Shown: positions 53,301 to 62,300 of the stretch, in pieces
Layout: the number at the start of each line of letters is the position of its first letter
Position numbering within the stretch: the first letter of the stretch is position 1
Assembly: GCA_002633005.1 (NCBI GenBank)
Contig: NMRA01000367.1
Coordinates: forward strand, 336,762-400,761
From: Phoronis australis
Taxonomy: Eukaryota; Animalia; Phoronida
Length of the DNA: 64,000 nt
Reading direction: 5' to 3'
Position numbers and translations under genes: made by a program
The notes under the pieces: generated by a model
What the model saw: the letters and a program-made list of their open reading frames with translations, nothing else
What the model was told of the DNA's origin: nothing
The model's database searches: none

Positions 53301-56300
53301 GGTATTGTTTATTTCATTTAAAATGAATGCCTGTCTGCAAATCAAAAACCTTACAGGCAGACAATGTGATCTATAGTGAGGTTGCCATGGCTACACTGGG
53401 TAAATACTAGCACAGTGTGAGTATACACCAGGATTTTGTGGCTGTGAGGCATCATTAAATCATGAATACAGTACTTGAACTGATAAAGAAAGAGCCTGAA
53501 ATGGGTTGTGAAGATGCAGGAACGACACAAATGTGATCACTTGCTTGCAATGCATGGTGATATCTCGCAACTTTTATTGTTGTGAGTACATTGCTTCTAC
53601 TGAACAGGCACATGGCCCAATGTCCTTTGATGTCCAATGACCCTTTGATATTTTTGTTGAGCCCTTCTCCTTCCTGCGTATTGACATTTGAACTGATTGT
53701 GTCTACAGGCTCTACAGACATCCAGCGTGTACAGTGAGGTGGTGTCACTCAACACAACCACTGGTGGCAAGGAACCAGTCTCCAAGGAGGATGATAACTG
53801 GATGATCCCGACACTAGGGGCCACTGGTGGTGGACTGTTGCTTATACTGCTCATAGTACTGGCATTAGTCTTCTGGTAAGTACCACCACTGCTTGAAGCA
53901 GGACTGCTTGTTGTTCAACGCGAGATGGTCAGTTATCTAACTTGCCTTAGTCACGTGTTTATGAAGCTGTAAGTCACGTGTTTATGAAGCTGTAAGTCAC
54001 GTGTTTATGAAGCTGTAAGTCACGTGTTTATGAAGCTGTAAGTCACAAATTAATCATTACAAATGTCAGTGGTCTGCACTAGATGTTTTATGTTAAAAGT
54101 ATGACACAAAACATGATTAGAGTAGCTGTATAGGGAATAACCCTTTGTGCGACTGGATCTTGGGACTAGTGGAATATTTTAGCAGTAGTAGGTTGTTTAT
54201 CTTTTCTTTTTGAAGTTATACAAGAACCTTGTTTTGTTTACACACACAATTCACTTAGTATCAGCCTTAAATCCCTCACCACTTCACCAGTAGCTGTGTT
54301 TTGAACTGTCTTGTATCTAGCTGTGGTCAGACTTGGTAGTTGTCATGGACACAAATCTTAGCTAAAATAAATAATTAATCTGAAGTCTTGGTTAACGCCT
54401 TGTACAAAGCAAGCATGTGCTACTGAACAGAAGTGTGTAAGTATGTTGTATCACAGAGCTATTGTGTGCTACTTACACAAGAGTGTAAGTATGCTGTGTC
54501 ACAGAAAGACAATAATTGAGAAAATGTGGCACTTTCACTGGTAAATGGTTGGACACAATGTTCACGTCTCAAAACTGTTAAATCATCAGTTGCACCAACT
54601 ATGCATAAATAATGCAGTATTCTTACTGCTCTCTGTAACTAGTGAGAAAAGTGAATGCTTTGTCTATATATGTTGCTATATATAGTCATTTCACCTTCTC
54701 TTAAAGATGAAAATTTCTAATTGTTATATCAAGCTGTTATTAATTATTGTTCTTTACTTCTCAATTGTTTTGTTGCTCAGTGTTACAACAGATGTGATTC
54801 AATGTTGCAGCCGTCGCAGAAAGAATCGCAAAGAGAAAGCACCAGAGCCAACTAAAGTGCCTGTAGACGTACCAATGCAGCACCCTAGTGATCCTGTGGA
54901 GATGAGACGGCTCAACTTCCAGACACCTGGTGAGTCTAACATGAGTGTCTGTGTGAGGCTGTTGAATGTGCCCACTGCTGGTGATGGTCACGCAAGTGTC
55001 TGTGTGTGGCTGTTGAATTCTAACTCTGACTCCATTCTGACCAATCTTTCTTTGTCACATGACCATGAAAGCCATATTTAAAACTTGGAAAGCATATAAT
55101 TCAGCTGATTCACTGGTCTGTGTGCATTGACAAACAGTTGAGCTTTCCATTGTAGGAAAATTTGTTTTGGCTTGATTGGCAGGTTCTGCATAAAGAAACA
55201 GAGCTAGAAAAATCTCGCCAAAGTCACGTGTTCTCATTAAAAATACACTGCAATATCTTCCGAAGTCTTGCTTTTCTTGCGACGTCCTAGCCTTTATTGA
55301 AATCTTCCAGGATATTTCAGTAACAGCCTTTAAAAAAGCAACGGGATTAACCTGGTAAACAACAAATATTTGCATGTTATGAAATTTAGTTAATTTTACT
55401 CCCTGTTTTTCCAAAAACCAGAAGTTGTGAATTATGGGTACACATAACATTAAATGTGGGTTCACATAACGTTGAATATGGGTACACATAACCTTAAATA
55501 TGGGTACACATAACATTAAATATGGGTACACATGACGTTAAATATGGGTACTCATGACGTTAAATATGGGTACACATGATGTTAAATATGGGTACTCATG
55601 ACGTTAAACATGGGTACACATGACGTTAAACATGGGTACACATGACATTAAACATGGGTACACATGATGTTAAACATGGGTACACATGACGTTAAATGTG
55701 GGTACACATAACATTTAAAAGAACACTAAAACCCATTTGGTGATTTCATTGTTCTGTCATGTGCTAATACGTCAATGGTGTCTCACTTGAGCATTTAAAG
55801 CAAGATTCAAGTAAAAATTTATACGAAGTCATAAAGTGGATATTATGGTTCTTGGTGGGTGGTCTTTCCCTACAATTGTCATGTAACTCCATGCGCGCAC
55901 CCAGGGGGAGCTTGAATGAGCCCCCCCCTCCTTTTGGCGAAATGGACAAAAAGGTCCGCCTCAGAGAAACAAAAAGTCCACTAAAAAGGGGCAAACGCAC
56001 AATTCACAGCTTTGGACGTGGTACCCTGTTTTTTTAGTCCTTTGGCTTTTTTGACGGTAAAAGGTCAACACCATCGCAAATTCGAGCCCTCCTATTTTAA
56101 AGGCTGTGTGCGGGCGTGAACTCTCCTGAAGCATTGGTAACACTTGACCGTTTAGAAGGTTTTTTAGGGTTACAGAGCATTGTTTTGTGAAAGAGAAATG
56201 GATGGAAAAGTCCTTTATAACTACTAGTAGGTGATTTTCAGTGATATAACAAAATGTGAAACTAGGTATAATTTTTCTCTTTATCGCACAAAAATAATTG

Positions 56301-59300
56301 TCAAAATTACCATTCTTATATTTTTAAGTGGATTCCCTGACAAATTATGGAAATTTTACCAAATGGGGTTTATGACACATAGTGAGTTCAAGACAAGCTA
56401 ATGGTAGACGGAATTGTGATAATCGTCATTTTCAAATTTGACAGAATCAAGTTTCTCATGTCCACCATATTGTATGCTGAAGAGGCAAAAAATTACTGTG
56501 TATTATATATCCCTGTAAGAAATGCGTGTGTCTGTGTGTGATAAAGTCNTGAAGCATTGGTAACACTTGACCGTTTAGAAGGTTTTTTAGGGTTACAGAG
56601 CATTGTTTTGTGAAAGGAAATGGATGGAAAAGTCCTTTATAACTACTAGTAGGTGATTTTCAGTGATATAACAAAATGTGAAACAAACTAGGTATAATTT
56701 TTCTCTTTATCGCACAAAAATAATTGTCAAAATTACCATTCTTATATTTTTAAGTGGATTCCCTGACAAATTATGGAAATTTTACCAAATGGGGTTTATG
56801 ACACATAGTGAGTTCAAGACAAGCTAATGGTAGACGGAATTGTGATAATCGTCATTTTCAAATTTGACAGAATCAAGTTTCTCATGTCCACCATATTGTA
56901 TGCTGAAGAGGCAAAAAATTACTGTGTATTATATATCCCTGTAAGAAATGCGTGTGTCTGTGTGTGATAAAGTCAAGTAACATGCATGTGTGTGTTTGGT
57001 CAAGCCAAGTAAGTTTTTTGTCTTCACCGTTGTCTGGTTGGTTGTCCAATATTTTGTGGGAACTTGCAAATCTTTACATGACTGCTGTCTGCTAAAATAT
57101 TGCTTTGCAGTGAACTATTTACATAGCATAGTTCACTTTGCAGACAACTTGTAAGTGTCAGTGGTAGTTATTTGTGGCTCTAATAAAGGTGAAGTGAATA
57201 TTGCATTGATATTAGTTCCCTGTGGGGTTCTTTGAAGTCAGCTTGATTGGTAATATGGTTGGTAACCTGTTTCTGGGCTGTCTGTCTGGACAAGTGAGAA
57301 TGGCATACAGCTCATAATTGTGTGGTGAAAGAGTGCCAGGAACTCACTGTTCGTGGCTTGCCTGAGTGTCAGTTCAGCTATGTGAAGGTTGTGAATGTTA
57401 CTTTGTGAGGGTTGTTATGGATCTTGGCTGACTACTGTCTGCCAGCTGGCCATTTTGGCATGATGAACTGTGTCTGGTGATAGATCTTGGAATTAATGAG
57501 TCAGTAAGTGCTGTCTGTGACTGACGGACTCTTGGGTTTCACAGTCAAGAATGAATAGTCTACTTGCAAGTAAGGTAGGGTTCTTAGTGTCTGAGAAACA
57601 GTCTGGTTGACTGGTTAGTGTTTGTTATTAGCATTGTTGAATGCTCGACAAATTAAAGTGTTGCCTTGACTGTTACAGGCATGATGAGCCACCCTCCCAT
57701 TCCCATCACTGAGCTGGCCATGCATATAGACAGGCTCAAGACCAATGAGAATCTTAAGTTCTCCCAGGAGTATGAGTCTATTGAGCCGGGCCAACAGTTC
57801 ACTTGGGACAACTCTAACATGGAAGTGAACAAACCCAAGAACCGCTACGCCAATGTGATCGCCTACGACCACTCCAGAGTGATTCTACAACCAGTTGAGG
57901 GTATACCTGGCAGTGACTACATCAATGCTAACTATATGGATGGTTACAGGAAGCAGAATGCATACATCGCTACACAGGGTCCGCTGCCAGAGACTTTCAC
58001 AGACTTCTGGAGAATGGTATGGGAGCAGCGTGCAGCCACGCTGGTGATGATGACAAAGTTGGAGGAAAGATCAAGGGTGAGTAGTAAGGGTGATTAGGAA
58101 AGAGGTCAAAGATGATCTCTGTTGTCATCCAATGAGAGCTGCCAACTATGAATAGTAAGTCATAATCATTTACTCGTCTTATTTATGGAACACTCTCCCT
58201 TCCCAAGACATATCTGCATTATCCTTAATAAGCTTTAAGAGAATTATATGAATTTTAATTACATGTGTTTTGTGTACGAAACCTGCATTCAGTATCCCCA
58301 AACCAAACTATGTGTTTTATTTATGTGTCTATGTATGAGTGTATAATGTGTGTGTGTATGTATGTATATATGTATATATGTATATATATGTATGTATGTA
58401 TGTATATATATGTATGTATGGATGCATGTATAATGTCTTACTTTTATTAACTATTATTTATTGTCTGTTTATTAAATATTTATATTTTTATTTAATCATG
58501 TTTTCTTACTTTTTGTATCTTCTACATATTATTTTTTATTATTTTTGTTTCATCAGTCTTTTCATCTTAGTTTCATTTCATCAGTCTTTTCATCTTAGTT
58601 TCATTTCATCATAGATCATTTAAATGTTGTCTTTCATTTTGCACTTCTGTGCTGGTTTTACTGTCTTTGTATATTTTTATCGAGGGCCCCCATGGAAAGC
58701 ATTGTGGACTAATGAGGATACCCTTATGAAATACACCAGGAGGCACTGTCACTCACTATGGTTATATAGTGTGTTCTTACTGAGGGCCACTTTCCAGCAT
58801 CAAATTACATTATCTTGAAAATGCATTTATTTAAGTTAACCTGTTATTGTTTGTTACGGTATGATATGGAGAAGTACTGTATGTTCATTTCTCATTCCTC
58901 ACTGGAAGCTCACCTGAGATTGGCTGTGTTGCAGATCAAGTGTGACCAGTACTGGCCCAGTAGAGGCACCGACACCTACGGTCTGATGCACGTCACTCTT
59001 ATAGACGTCATGGAGCTGGCGACATACACAATACGAACCTTCACCATACAACGGGTGAGGCTAAAACTGAGACTGGTTGTCTGTATAAGACTGGGCGCTG
59101 TATGTCTTAGACTGGGGTCTGTTTGGAAGACATTGTTCTGATTTTGATATTACAACTGAATTGTGTTCAACAGTTCTGTCTGTTATTGTGGAATATTAAT
59201 GGTGGATTGAAGGATAGTCACATGACCTGATCAAGATGGATCACAATGAGTTAATGGAATACTTGTAGTTGTCAGTCATTGCCTGACTTGTGGTTAAACA

Positions 59301-62300
59301 CTGAATAGCTGAAAATACTATCAGCAGATGATTGTTTTGAAGGTGAAGCCAGTGTATTATGCTAAGTGTATTCTCTTTTGATGTGAACTAAGATAAAAGT
59401 TGATGGGAATTAGTTGAGCAGACAGCTGTTGTCTGACTTCAGCTTGCACACAACAATGATCACTTGCTGTTTTGTCGGACTTGCAAATATGTGTTTCATT
59501 TTCATCAAATGTTAAATAAAATTAAGATGATTTTGAGTCTCCTTCATTTGTCTCCAGCACGGGTACCCAGAGAAGCGGGAAGTTCGCCAGTTCCAATTCA
59601 CGGCATGGCCAGATCACGGAGTGCCTGATCACGCCACACCCTTGCTGATGTTCATGCGTCGAGTGAAAACGAATAACCCTCCTGATGCCGGACCCATGAT
59701 CGTACATTGCAGGTATTACAGAGTTCATTATACTGAACATGAATGCCATTTGTTCTGTAGAAAATAACCTTGTAGGCATTGCATCACTCTTTTAATTGTG
59801 ACTATTGTAATAATAGTCTACCATTATATCAATATATCATATATCCACAGTGCCGGAGTTGGACGTACGGGTGCCTTTATAGTCATTGACTCCATGCTGG
59901 AGAGGATACGACATGAGAAGACCGTTGACATCTACGGACATGTGACCTGCCTGCGTGCCCAGCGCAACTACATGGTGCAGACAGATGATCAGTATATATT
60001 CATTCATGATGCTCTGTTGGAGGCGGTGACCAGTGCAGGGACAGAGGTGCCGGCACGCAACCTGTACCCTCACCTGCAGAAGTTGACTCAGCCTGAGCCT
60101 GGAGAAACTGTAACCGGCATGGAACTTGAATTCAAGGTAGGGAGGTTGATATAAAACTGCTTTAGAATAGACCAACTTTAGGTAAAATGATCAAAGTGAG
60201 GTAGGCTGTTTAGCAATTACAAGAGAACCCTCGATGGCAAGGGTTAGTGATAAGTAGGGTTTGGGCAATTTGACAAATTGTGGGTCACTCAGATATGAAT
60301 GAATTTCAGAGTTAATCTTCCCAACAGTTTTCTCATAGCAGTACGAGATTTTACCTTGTGAAAGTAAATATTAAACGTGTGTGTGAAATAATGCTTTTGG
60401 TGAGCATTATGCCTGATGCGCCCATAGTTCTAGTGTACAGCAGGCCTGTGAGTGGAATATGGAGAGTGAACTGTCTGTAAGGTAAAGGCATGGATTCTTG
60501 AGTAAATCTTTTAAAGTGCAAGTAACAAGTTAAAGATATGCTCCTGTTTTATTGAATATCAATTGGTCTTTGTTTATGAATGAGTATGAAGTTATATTAT
60601 TGAATATCAATTGGTCTTTGTTTATGAATGAGTATGAAGTTACATAAAGATGAGTACCATGTATAATGTGAAATATTTAAGCAGTCAAGAATTTTTGAGT
60701 CTGTACATGTCAAGTTTGGACTAATATATTCACTCTAACTTGCAGAAGTTATCGAGCATCAAAGCTTGCCCATCTCGCTTCGTCAGTGCCAACTTACCAG
60801 TGAACAAGTTCAAGAACCGACTTGTAAACATCCTGCCTTGTAAGTGAATAGACAACACTTTACTTTGTACAATTAACACATGTTGTATGTTCAGCAAGAA
60901 GACTTTCTTGATAAAAGTACCATAAGTCTGTCACAGTTTGAAAGTGAAGTTGTGCATTTTGTTTATTAATGTTACAAAGTAACCCAATCGGTTGTTACAT
61001 AATAATTATTGTCTTCAATATTTTTCAGTTGAGACAACACGTGTGTGCTTACAACCAATCAGAGGTGTTGATGGATCTGACTATATCAATGCCAGTTATA
61101 TTGATGTAAGTCTATCTGTACTTGATAGGGTTTTATACTTGGGAAGATTGTGCATTACTCTCTTGAGTGCTTCCATAGGGTGTTTCATAATTTAAAATGA
61201 TTCATTTTTTCTTGTAACATTTGTCAGTGGAGCTGTTGGAAATAGAATCAACCAATAGTATCACTGACTAGCAATGTGTGAAATTAACAAAAGTAATCTG
61301 TTGTAAAAAGACCTATTAGCCTCCGTGTGGGACTTGATTGAAAGAGATTAAGTGTTTTGGTCAGTGTTATGAGTGTATTGTATTTGATCGTGAATAAAAT
61401 TTTGATTGGTAGATTAATTTTATTCATCTTATAACAATGTTATAGGGTTATAGATATAAGAAGGCATACGTGGCTACCCAAGGCCCTCTGCAGGAGACTA
61501 CAGAAGACTTCTGGAGAATGTTGTGGGAGCATAATTCGACCATCGTTGTCATGTTGACAAAACAACGGGAGATGGGCCGGGTAAGTTACCGTATAGCTTT
61601 TCGGGCTCCTATGTGTGCTGTTCATTTAATGCAAACAAAGATCTCATTTCATACTCAAGCAACTTTACAAAGACAAAATGGGAATACTGTCATTGTTCTC
61701 TTAATATTGCTGCATTGTGTAGTAGTCTTTCAAGTTCCTCGAGTGTTCCCTAGAGTTATAGCGACTATTTCTCTTGTGAATGTACATTACTGTTTGTTCC
61801 CTTTATAGGATAAATGTCACCAGTATTGGCCCACAGATAGGTCAGCCAGATATCAGTACTTTGTAGTGGACCCGATGGCCGAGTACAACATGCCACAGTA
61901 CATACTGAGAGAGTTCAAGGTCACAGACGCACGGGTACGTGGCTAGGTGCATGATGGTTTAGGGCTGGATTTTGAGTTATATTTTTGGAGCCTAGAGGCT
62001 GTAGAAGGATTTTAGATTCATTTTGTTTTAAGACTTTCCACTGTTGATGCTTAGAGGCGTGTAGATGGACTAGAGATACTGTTTAATACTTGTTAATTGC
62101 AGACTCTCTTATTCAGTTTAACTGCTTTCATGATAGTGATGTAGTTTGTTAAGTGGTTACAAATTTTCTGGTTACTCATTCAGTCTTGTTTGCCTGTTAA
62201 ATATATTAGGCTAGTGGTCAGCATACTGATTGTATCACTTACAGTAGTCACCATACTGATTGTATCACTTACAGGATGGCCAATCACGGACAATCCGCCA

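Noticed and set aside
56127-56974. ~420-bp tandem duplication
   Set aside because: Joined by a single N (56549) with small allelic indels: an assembly artefact.
54930-57678. Search for a meD-equivalent mini-exon
   Set aside because: The only AG...GTAAG candidate (about 57545-57569) is 25 nt with an in-frame stop; nothing supportable.
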